Notes under the pieces: generated by a model
What the model was told of the DNA's origin: nothing
Databases searched by the model: none
The model's input: the letters and a program-made list of their open reading frames with translations, nothing else
Position numbers and translations under genes: made by a program
Shown here: positions 1-9,943 of the stretch, piece after piece
Position numbering within the stretch: the first letter of the stretch is position 1
Layout: each line of letters starts with the position of its first letter
Source of the DNA: Oikopleura dioica
Lineage: Eukaryota; Animalia; Chordata
Length of the DNA stretch: 64,000 bases
Reading direction: 5' to 3'
NCBI GenBank assembly: GCA_907165135.1
Contig: OU015568.1
Location: 8,184,001-8,248,000, forward strand

Positions 1-2787
1 ATTTTCAGTCGTGCCCTGGCCCACTCTCTCGAAAGCGTCACTCACAAGGAAAACTTCAAATGCTACATAGATGATATCCTCATCTTTGCCGAAAATTTCG
101 ACGTCTTCTACCAAACCGTGGACGAAATATTTGGCTGTCTCAATAAATTCGGCTGGGTTGTCGCTGGAAACAAAGTTCACGCTCTCTACGACCGCGTCAA
201 GTGGCTCGGCCGGATGATCACCCCGCTTGGATCGATTGCTGATCCTGGAAACGCAAACGCATTCCGGAAAATGGCCCCTCCTAAAACGTACAAAGGGCTC
301 CAAAGCCTCTTGGGCGCCATGAACTGGCTTAGACAATACGCCGCGGCACGCGAAGATCAAAATGTAGCAAAGATGTCATTCTCTGCCATCATCAAACCCA
401 TTTCCAATCTGCTGAAAACGAATAAACCCGGAAAGAAGCTTACCTGGACTCGCGAAGCCGACAAAGCCCTCGAAATCATCAAGGAACGACTCTGCTCCCC
501 GATGATGATTTACCACCCAGACTGGTCGCTTCCATTTACACTTACCACGGATGCTTCAAAATACGCAATGGGTTACTGCCTGACCCAATGTGTAGAGGGA
601 CAGAAATGGAGAATCATCCGCGTTAATTCAAAAACGCTCAACGACGCTCAGACACGATACTCAGCTACTGAACGAGAAAGTTTAGCAGTTGTATGGGCGA
701 TTATGGATGCGAAAGTATTCCTCCGCGGCCGAAAATTCGTTGTTCGAGTCGATCACCGAGCACTTACCTTTTTGGACTGCAAACTACCGCGGAATGATAA
801 ATTAGCGCGATGGCTAAACACCGTCTCCCAGTTCAACTTCATAGTTACTTACCTCCCCGGAAAAGACAATTCCATCGCAGACTTCCTCAGCAGAAATCCT
901 GAACAACCGGTGAGCCGCACATCGAAGGATATCCCGTCAGAACCGGCCGGTAGATTCGTGAATATCGGCAAATTCGAAGTCTACATCCCGTCCTGGGCCG
1001 ACACAGAAAGTGTCGACAAGATCAAACTCAACGGCGATGATCTAACTTGCCCGGAATCAATCGTCGCTCTGGTGAGCAAAAACGAACCGATCATGGACGA
1101 CAGCGTTAAAACCAGAATCAGCAGCGAGCAATATGCTGATGAAAACATCAAGAAGATTTTGGAATCAGTTGAACACAACTTCGAGTTCCCGCAGTTGTCC
1201 GTCGCTAAGGAAGACGATGAAGTAAGCTGGCTCCGCCGCCACCGAAATAAACTCACCAGGTGCGAAGAAACTGGCGCACTTCTCGTCGACGGTAAAATCT
1301 ACGTTCCCAGAGCCCTCCGCCCTGATGTACTCAGTCGATATCATAACGACAACAACCACATGGGCGCCGCGCGCATGAAAAGTGCGATGATCCATCTAAC
1401 TTGGCCCGAGAAAGCCGACGATATAGTCAACTTCAGCAGGAGTTGCATCAACTGCCAGCATCGAAAAGGTGGACGAGGTCAATCTCGACAACCTGAACCG
1501 CAAAGCATTCCGAAAGGAACGCGCATCTTCGAACACATTCTATGCGATTTCGTCGACATGCCGGTCACCAAACTTGGTTTCAAATACATCCTCACTGTCA
1601 TCGACACATACTCGCGATTTTTGATCGCAGTACCATGCAGAAACCACCGCGCAGTCGACGCAGTTAAAGGCATCAGAGACCACGTGCTTCATCGATTTCC
1701 GCGGGTAGTATCAATTTCTAGCGACAGAGGAAGACATTTTGTCGCGGAGATGAATCAACAATTCGCCAAGCTACATAACATCACCTGGCGATATCACACG
1801 AGTTACAGACCACAAAGTACTGGCCTCCTCGAGGTTCAACATCGAACCATAAAAGACGCACTTTTTGTGATGGTCCACGAAACTCAAGCTGAGTGGACTG
1901 ATTGTCTCCAGCACGTCGTCTCTACCATCAACCGACTTCCGAACTGCTCCACCAAGATCTCACCTTTCGAGGTCGTATACTTGGAAAAACCGCGATTGTG
2001 TGAATACGATTTAGTCACGCAAACAGAAGATCTGACGGTCGACGAATATACGAAGAGACGATACGAAGCGAAAAGAACGCTTCACGAGAAAATCATGAAG
2101 TTTCAAGCAGAAGCAGATGCCGCGTTACGAAAACAAACGCAGCCGAAGGTTCCGGCTCCTGAAATTGTCGAAGGCGATTCTGTTCTCCTTCATCGACCCA
2201 ACTCTGCTACCGCCAAAAGGACCAAAGTCACATGGCTCGGTCCGTTCGAAGTTACTGCCAGTAACGGCTCCGTCGTCCGTATCAAAGACGTTGAAGGCGC
2301 CGAAGATTGGGTCCACCGAACACAAGTCCAGAAAGTCGAAGAACGAAAACCGGCTTTAGGCCCGCTACCGTGGTTCCCGGACTTCAGAATCCCTCTCAGA
2401 GCAACGCAATACCATCACGAGCCGCCAAAAATACAGCTCAACGAACCTGAAAGAGTCGAGATGCGTGACCCTAGTCCAGGGGACTCTCTCGACAGCACAA
2501 CCGCGGAGAAGGCTCCCACTGAGCCCGAGACTCCAAATCTCGACCTGACAACCGATGAGTTCCATACTCCTCCAACTTCACCTGTGAAGGATTGCTCTCC
2601 GCCTCCCAGGGCACAGTCAACCTCACCTGTGAGGATTGCGAGACGGTCTATGTCACCAGGTCCGATGAAAACGAGAAGCCGATCAAGAATTCAAAGAGGA
2701 GAGGACAAGAAGACACAAGAACTACTCAAGAATCTCGCCCCCTTTCAACTTAGAAGATCATCAAGAAACCGCAAAACCCCAAAATAA
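1..2787 (+). CDS. pol: Pol polyprotein, 5'-truncated by the window edge: RT, RNase H, integrase, Pro/Ser-rich tail
   Basis: Frame is open from base 1. Motifs: YIDD (64-75), RNase H TDAS...E...DHRAL, HHCC finger (HNDNNH...CINC), DDE core (DFVD, SDRG, E), GPF motif (WLGPF). Confidence 0.96.
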   Translation: MFSRALAHSLESVTHKENFKCYIDDILIFAENFDVFYQTVDEIFGCLNKFGWVVAGNKVHALYDRVKWLGRMITPLGSIADPGNANAFRKMAPPKTYKGLQSLLGAMNWLRQYAAAREDQNVAKMSFSAIIKPISNLLKTNKPGKKLTWTREADKALEIIKERLCSPMMIYHPDWSLPFTLTTDASKYAMGYCLTQCVEGQKWRIIRVNSKTLNDAQTRYSATERESLAVVWAIMDAKVFLRGRKFVVRVDHRALTFLDCKLPRNDKLARWLNTVSQFNFIVTYLPGKDNSIADFLSRNPEQPVSRTSKDIPSEPAGRFVNIGKFEVYIPSWADTESVDKIKLNGDDLTCPESIVALVSKNEPIMDDSVKTRISSEQYADENIKKILESVEHNFEFPQLSVAKEDDEVSWLRRHRNKLTRCEETGALLVDGKIYVPRALRPDVLSRYHNDNNHMGAARMKSAMIHLTWPEKADDIVNFSRSCINCQHRKGGRGQSRQPEPQSIPKGTRIFEHILCDFVDMPVTKLGFKYILTVIDTYSRFLIAVPCRNHRAVDAVKGIRDHVLHRFPRVVSISSDRGRHFVAEMNQQFAKLHNITWRYHTSYRPQSTGLLEVQHRTIKDALFVMVHETQAEWTDCLQHVVSTINRLPNCSTKISPFEVVYLEKPRLCEYDLVTQTEDLTVDEYTKRRYEAKRTLHEKIMKFQAEADAALRKQTQPKVPAPEIVEGDSVLLHRPNSATAKRTKVTWLGPFEVTASNGSVVRIKDVEGAEDWVHRTQVQKVEERKPALGPLPWFPDFRIPLRATQYHHEPPKIQLNEPERVEMRDPSPGDSLDSTTAEKAPTEPETPNLDLTTDEFHTPPTSPVKDCSPPPRAQSTSPVRIARRSMSPGPMKTRSRSRIQRGEDKKTQELLKNLAPFQLRRSSRNRKTPK

Positions 2788-3221
2788 AATTCCCGCTCGA
2801 CCCTTCCCCGGCCATTTTAGCCGTTTAAATGAAATTTTTCGCGCTCTTTGAGCCCATTTTTCTCTGTTCAATAAGCGCCGTTTACAGCCCTTTTACCTGT
2901 TCAAATTATCCCTTACTAAATTTTACTAATTCTTTGTGTCACCAATTTTATCTAGAATTTCTTAATTTTAACCAATCGACGTAAAATTACCAAAAATTTT
3001 TTTTTGTCTTACTCTACTCACTATTTTCTAAATCTCTTTTCTTGTTAAAGTAGCCCCGTTAACCTACCGCATGTTAACCCATTTATTTACTCGGACCAAT
3101 TTTCTGCCCTCCAAAATAAAAAATTTAAAAAATATTACAAAAAAAATCGAAAAATACTGTAAAAAACTACGAACGAGTGTTGGCGAAAAGCCCCCGTAAA
3201 AAATACCCTGTCAGGCATTTT

Positions 3222-4134
3222 ATGGCTGACAAAAAAGTGATCTCCGTGATTTCTAGAATGGTTCGGCTGAAAAGCGTCATTCTCGAAGTTACACGGAAGT
3301 CCCGTTCGCGAAAGACCGAAAGGTCCGGAAACTTACGGTCGGAGCGCTCCCGAACTGATCGACGAAACCGCCCTCGAGATCGACCACCGAGCCGAGCCCG
3401 ACGATCCAAAACTCCACGCCGAAAGACTCCGCCACGACGATCCGAAACACCGCGACGAAAGACTCCCCCACGATCGAAATCACCACCAGATGAGTCAGAC
3501 ATCGATATCTCGTCCGACGATGGATTATCTCCAACCTGGTCGCCCGGCAGTTACACGCCACGACTAGTCATCGACGAATCTGCGCCAACTCCGGTTCTTC
3601 CAGCGAAAGAAAATCTTCCGCCGCCTCCACCTCCACCAAAAAAAGGTTGAAGCGCCCCGTGAACCGCGACCAGACGAAATCGAAGTAACGCGCGTCGTTG
3701 AAAGCGACCCAGAGTCCGACGAAGATGAAATCCCCAAAGTCATCGCTGACTATCTTCGACAAGAAGAGCGGCGAAAACGACGAGCGGCCCGACGAGCTCA
3801 CCTCCGGCGAAAGAAAATAAACGCAAAAATCCTTGGCTCCGCAATCGAAGGCCAGGATGTTCGACGAATCCAGCGCACGCCGGAAGCTGCTCTGGAATGC
3901 CACCGACGAATTACCCAGCTCCTCAAGCTGATCAAACACCATGGTACCAAAAATCGACTCCACTCCAAAGTATTCTGGTCGACTGAAAAATCGCTCCCAC
4001 TACGAACTTTGATGAAGAGGCTCTCCGTTGGCCCATACATGTCGCTGTACCATAACTTCGTCTCCAGCCTTGACCAGAGCTACACTGCCAAGAAGAACAA
4101 GCTCGAAACCGCGAAGAACACTGCCCGACAGTAG
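3222..4134 (+). CDS. Retroelement accessory ORF3 (about 303 aa, Arg/Ser/Pro-rich N-half, basic helical C-half), broken by a +1 frameshift at A7 3638-3644
   Basis: ATG 3222 frame runs to TGA 3650; a second frame is open 3568-4134 and ends 28 nt before the LTR. Codon usage (CGA, ATC, GAA) resembles pol. No signal peptide or TM segment. Confidence 0.75.
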
Positions 4135-4162
4135 CAGCTCTCGAAAATGACAGAGGGGACTA

Positions 4163-4598
4163 TATTAGTGTCCGGATTTCCACCTGTGTGAAAGTCCTCC
4201 ACCTATCATTTCCGAGTCCTCCGACTCTCTCACACCGAGCCTGCCGCGTGAATCTTCCTTGACCGCGGATTGGCCCCCGCCCGCCTACGCTCTCAAGATA
4301 CCCACTGCCAGCGACGCCGATTTCTTCACTCATCCACGCACCTTCGCAAGAAGCGGAGCTCCCTGCTTTTTATCGGCGAAATGCCACTGTACTTAGAGAC
4401 CAAATACAGAAGCTGTGCATAATAAAGAGATTACCGCGGGTTAGAACCCTACTATGTTATTATTGAGTAAAAAGAGACCGATTTAAGGGACGGTCATTAA
4501 TGTTAGTGATGCTAGTTTTATATTCCTCGGCAAAGGGCGAGTAGCTCTACCCGGTAACGGCACAATATTCTAGCTCCCCGGTTATGCGGACACTAACA
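4163..4598 (+). repeat. 3' LTR (about 436 bp)
   Basis: Follows the PPT. Inverted termini TATTAGTGTCCG (4163-4174) and CGGACACTAACA (4587-4598) match 11/12. AATAAA at 4421. Confidence 0.85.
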
Positions 4599-4599
4599 T

Positions 4600-5214
4600 A
4601 TGGAATTGGGGGACATGGTCGGTGCAGCGTATCCGAAGAACGACAAATTCGAGTATTATTACTACGAAGGAAGGAGGATCAAAATTGTAGTTATGAATAA
4701 GATAAAAAATCAATTTTTGATCTGACTAAAAGGTCTGGTAAAGGAAGTCAACGCCGAAAAGACAATGGTCGTCGTCCACTTCTCTCGATTCTGCCGCGGC
4801 ACGGCCGAATATGTCGCCGAAAAACGACACTGACAACATCGAAGAAGCCCGACAAGGATACGTCTACTTCCACCTGAAGAAGGAGCACATCGTTGTCAAG
4901 GCTCCAACGACGAGAAAAGATGAAGTCTTCAAGGTGAAAGATGACAACATCGCCGAGACTTTGCGCGCCGCTCAATTGAACTGGAAGCTCAAAGTTGCCA
5001 AGGTACTGGAAGAAAGTAGCTTCTGCTCATAACTGGTATTCTAGATCAGTGAAGATGAGGAGGCAATCAAAACGGCGCAAAGTGAGCTGAATTTGCTCGA
5101 GTCGCAGAAAGATGTTCTGAACTACGCTTCTGGGTAAGTTTCTTTTCTTGTTCTTTTGCTTTGATCATCGATTCTAGCACTCGAAAACGCACCCGCCAAG
5201 ACGCCAAGTTCTAG
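4600..5214 (+). CDS. Tudor-like domain protein, 4 exons, one apparent frameshift at A5 4820-4824
   Basis: MELGDMVGAAYPKNDKFEYYYYEG / LVKEVNAEKTMVVVHFSRF fits the Tudor pattern. Introns 4670-4732 (GA-AG), 5003-5044 and 5134-5177. C-terminal RKRTR is NLS-like. Confidence 0.6.
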
Positions 5215-5483
5215 GCTTAACTTTATCTCTCTGCTCTTTCTTCCTAGCTCTTTTATCATTGTGAAAGAGATTCTTTCTCTAGCTGTAACTGCCTGACTAA
5301 TAAAAAATGTTTTGAGTTTCCTTCTCCGGCTGAGAGGAGCTTAAATTATGAAAAATACAAATTTGCTTGTGTGATAATTTCAATGCGTATATGTTTATTA
5401 TTTCATATTCAAAGATTTTTCTATCTAAATGGGAAATATTTGTACAGGAGAGGTGCTGCAACAAGTGTAGGTTTAAAAGTGAT

Positions 5484-6567
5484 TTAAGCTTGGTGAGGTC
5501 GATCAAGTTGGGGCATATTCCAGTACCATCGGTTTGAGTAAGTTTCTTAAAAAAATAGTTAAAATAAGCAAAGAATTCATGTCGTGAAACGTCGCTAGAC
5601 AAGATTTGTATTTTTCGAGCTAGAATCTTAAGCATTTCTAAACATGCTTTTGGAATGTAGCGGATGGCTCACCTCGTTCTGTAAATTTTGCATAGAACTC
5701 GAGGCATTCACTGCCAGTACAGCATTGTCGACAAGTAGCAGCGCTGGATCCTTTTCTCGGGGTCATTTACTGTCAATAGGAATTCCCTGGACATGCGCTA
5801 ACGGCCCTGACAGCGGAAGGCGTCCCGTGTGGTTTGCAGCCCGTAATCAGTAATTTTAAGCTATCAGATTTCTAAGGGCGGCGCTTATCTAATTTGAATT
5901 TTATGACCGGAACCTGACAGGTTGCACTGATCGTTAGGCTTTGGCTTTTTAGCCCAACCGTTCATTCGTTTGTTCGAGACACAAGCTTTGTTCTGCTTGC
6001 AGCCGACTTCGTACTAAATTAAAAAATCCACGTAAGATATTTTTACGAGTAATTTTCTCTTACCTGTGTCGGGGCGCCATTTTGAGTTCGCATCGTCAAC
6101 GAACAGAATGTATTTTCGGGACATTCAAATGCAGTGGAATCGGCAAGGCAGCCAGCGAGGTCTTTTGTGTTGCAAGAAACGCACTACAATAATAAAGCAA
6201 TAATAAGAATATTATTGCTTGTTCTTTTTGTTACCATAGTTGCACCGCTTCCAGCTGATCGTCCAGAATCTTTTGGCTTCTGGGCTGCTCTCTTAGTCGT
6301 AGCTTTGGTGGTTGTAGGTTTTGGAGTTGTAGTCGTAGTTGTCGTTGTTGTCGTAGACGTTGTAGTAGTCGAGGTTGTTGTGGTTGAAGTTGTGGTTGTC
6401 GGAGCAGCAGTAGTCGTTTTCTTCTTGTTGTTCTTCTTCTCCCTTGCTGCTTTTTTAGCAGCTTTCCTCTCGGCCGCTTTTTGTGCTCTAATCGCATCTC
6501 GCTCTTCTTTCGAAAGACCCTGAGCTGCGACAGCTAAAGCGAGATTCAAAACAACAAAAAGTCTCAT
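5484..6567 (-). CDS. Secreted Thr-rich mucin-like protein with a Cys-rich Ly6/uPAR (three-finger)-like domain (oikosin-type)
   Basis: Signal peptide MRLFVVLNLALAVAA and poly-Thr linker. GT-AG introns 6234-6184 and 6063-6014. Cys pattern CVSCNT..C..C..C..GCKQNKAC..QC..CRQCC..C. Confidence 0.75.
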
Positions 6568-7908
6568 AGCTCTTTTCTATTAATTCAAGTACTTTTTACT
6601 CTTTCAGAATTTGAAAGTCTGCGTTTTTAACGCGCTGCAGCGGGCTTTTTGCGCGTAAAAATAGCGCCATCTAGTCTAAGCGCGCACGCCACCTGATACA
6701 TTCGGATAATTGATAGAACCGATGATTTATCTCTTTTCTCTAGTCTTGTTCCGGAAGTGTTCATTATGGAGGTTTATCTGAGACGATCAGGATAAGAGGA
6801 GACTTCAGTGGAGTACCTTCAGTCGTCATTCTTTCGGAAAGACGGTTTCGGTGCTTTTTGGAAATATAAATTAACGGAAAAAAATGCTCTTTTTACATGC
6901 AAAATGGACAACATCTAGGCTTTTTATTAGCAAGAAAAGGTATATCTTCCGAATTGTAAACTTGATAGAAAATTTTGACTAAATTAACAATAAATTAACG
7001 AGTTTTCTGAATGAAAGTATGCTTTTTCGTTGATCAAAAATGACTTTCATGAAGAGGTTATGTAAGAATTCTGAAGGGATGCTCTAAGGTACTCGGAAAA
7101 CTCTCTCGAAATGTGAAATATCTCTGTTTAATAAGTGGTTGCAGTAAAGTGGTTGAATGGCAGCCTTGATCCGGCCTAACTGCGGTTGTACTCTTATCCG
7201 ACTTGCGATGTTTGGATAGTCGTAAAGGGTCACGAAAGGATTGTACCGGCCGTAAGAGATAAGCTCCCTTGAAATTTCCCTTTTATCGTAGCCCCTCTCC
7301 TTAGTTACACAACGTTTACCAGGAATTTAGGAACAGCCTCCTTCAGACGCCAGATAAAATCTTTTAAAGATTTTAATGTTTACAATTTGCGGCTTGCTAA
7401 ACAAGAATTAGGGATTTGTAATTTCTGGCTCGACTAGCACAGGGGAAGAGTCTTTTAGAAGAAAACATCTTTTTCGTAGAAAAATCAAGCGGAGCTTGTA
7501 AGAGGAGATGATTAGCAGCACTTTCACACGCGATAACGGATGTCAAGCGATGCAATTTTATGACTCGGTCATTTGATTAATGCGCTTTCGAAGAGCTTCT
7601 AAGCCCCCGTGGCCGTCCACGGCAAAACCTCTCAATCATTGTTTAGTGAAAACATAAAATTAGCTTGTTCCTTTTCACTCCAAAAATGTTCTTTGAATTC
7701 TTCCATGCATTTGGAAATGGAGTTTGTTGATTAGGCTCCGAATAAGACCCTGAGAGAGGCTCTGAATCATCGTTTTTTCTCGAGTGTTTTCGGTAATAAT
7801 TTTAGAACATGTTACATGTGCATTAGTAGGATTTTCCGTTACGTCACAGTCTACGTCAAGAGCTAGAAATTCTAGTCATGAAATGCTCAAACCTGAGTTA
7901 TTAAGACA

Positions 7909-9284
7909 ATGATACTGTTGTTTCGAAATCGGGTTCAACCTACAAGCAGAAGATATCTCTCCGTCTCCATCCCATTTCTTAATCCCTACTCGATCCTCGG
8001 AATCACACCTGGTGCCTCCAAAAAAGAAGTCAAAAACGCCTACCGAAAAAAGGCAAAAGAATGCCACCCAGATCTGCATCCCGGCGACGAGAAGAAAGCC
8101 GCCGAGTTTATAAAAGTTCAAGAAGCATATGAAAGCATACAAAACGGAACTGCCTCGACAGCTGGTGCTTCACCCGGATCATCAACGAGCCAGAGGATGA
8201 GGGAACAAAAGAGCTGGGCCGATAGGGGATTCGGAAGTCAGCAACAGCGAGAAGGCTTCGATTTTGAGTATAATTATAGACAGAGGATGAAGGCGAGAGC
8301 AGAATGGGAGAGGGATAGGTTTCTTGAATGAAAATTGTCTGTTTCTTGTAAGCTAAAAAGTAAAACTCTTGTGTTTCATTAGAGCAAATACTTTTAAGCA
8401 CTATTTTTGGTTAAAGTCTTTTGCGGTTTGAATTAGGCCTCTGAAAAACCGAAAAATCTATTGCTGCAACAAGGTTTTGTTCCAACAGAAAAATCCTTGA
8501 ATATTTGGAATGATTTTTTAATTTGAAAACCTGCTGAAGAATCAAAAAGGAACGTGAAGCACGAGGCGACGAGCACGCTTACCAACACCACGCGCGATGG
8601 TCGCAAGATGCAGGATACGGAGAGTACGACAAAGATTTCAGCCATTATCAGCGGAACGAATTCCGAGGCCATCGGCAGAATTTCAAACGATATGATTACG
8701 AAAGCGACGAGTTTAGGAGACGAGCTCAACGTGTCCGTGAAAATTTATACAAAAACGATCAGTATGCTGGCCACGATCAAGCTTACAGGGACAGACAGGA
8801 CGAGTGGGCGGCGCAGAGAAAGGCGGAGTTTGAGAAGCTGTTTCAGACGAGGACTGAAGAAGCGGTCAATGAATCGAGAGAAAGAGAGCAAGAATTAAAA
8901 GGAAAGCTTCAAAATTGTTTTATATCCAACTTACTCTTATTGTTCATCATTCATTATGAAGCCTTCAAAGCCCAATTATCAAAAATCTTTTTCATATTTT
9001 CGCTAATATTCTTCGCTGTCTCCGCAAATAATTACATGGAGATGCGGGAAAGAATAGCGAACGAAGAGTTTTACTGTCAATCTCAAAATAAGTTCCAAAA
9101 CGGCGATTTATCAAACTTCAACGCGCACACTCGTCGTCATCTACAACGGCTTCAATCACCCCACCAACAAGCCGAAGAGGAACAACTTGCGCCCGATCAA
9201 GAAGCGATTCTAGCCGTCTTAGAAGAAAACTCGAAAATGCTAAAAGCAAAAGACAGTGTGGGGCTCACGAGCTCAAAGTACTGA
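7909..9284 (+). CDS. DnaJ/Hsp40 J-domain protein with C-terminal TM segment (DNAJC4-like), multi-exon
   Basis: NPYSILGI...AYRKKAKECHPD...FIKVQEAYE J domain with HPD. Basic N-terminus, charged middle exon (about 8540-8890), hydrophobic IFFIFSLIFFAVSA. Confidence 0.85.
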
Positions 9285-9391
9285 CTCGATCCTTTTTTCA
9301 AAAATAAATATGATTCATCTAAAAGGAAATTGACCCAGAAGTTGTCTATTTTTATTTCTTGTTCATAGAGAATCAGTTTTGTTTGCAAAAA

Positions 9392-9900
9392 ATGGCTGAA
9401 TCTGAAAATGGAAGGGAAGGTTTATGAACATAACTAATGTATTATGTAAAGATGGTCTATCTCTAGAGCAGAGCTGTTATCTCAAAAGTTAATAAAATAA
9501 CCTGAAAAGAAAACTTCAAAGGACACGCTCATTTCGGCGAAAATCTCGTCGGGCGAAGAAGGAAACACTCAAGCCCTTTCTAAACACGCCAACGGAGAAG
9601 CAAAACATCGGCAATTTACGTACACTTGAAGATGGACGATCAAATAAATCGAATAACGTGTCAGATAAACCGGAGGCACCAGCGGTATTGCAGCGCACAG
9701 TTTCGATCAGACGGAAAAAGAAAAATGCGCAACAAACCGAGGGTTTGTCAATATTTACGCTCAAAAGCAAATTTACACGGACTTGTTTTATTTTTCAACT
9801 TCTCTCTTTCACTGCCACTCCTTCTGATTTCCTAATTCAAAAACCACTATCAAGAGAAATAACATTGATTGAATTACTGACTGCTCAGATTATGTTTCTT
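9392..9900 (+). CDS. Hypothetical small basic protein (exon structure unresolved)
   Basis: ATG 9392 followed by a GT donor; one open frame carries the internal repeat LQRTRSFRRK / LQRTVSIRRK. Confidence 0.3.
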
Positions 9901-9943
9901 CAGAACAATAATGAACCGGTTAATTTATTCAGTTACTCGCAGA

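Larger units (their letters stand above)
1..4598 (+). mobile_element. Ty3/gypsy (Tor-like) LTR retrotransposon, 3' part (5' LTR and gag lie outside the window)
   Basis: RT-RNaseH-integrase order in pol, an extra ORF, a purine-rich PPT (AGAGGGGA, 4152-4159) and an LTR with inverted termini and AATAAA. Confidence 0.95.

Noticed and set aside
4599-4615. TGGAATTGGGG after the LTR as a primer-binding site (tandem element sharing an LTR)
   Set aside because: I recognise no tRNA 3' complement, no gag follows, and the sequence reads as the first codons of the Tudor-like gene.
6134-6523. Poly-Val hydrophobic ORF on the plus strand
   Set aside because: It is the antisense shadow of the poly-Thr mucin exon.
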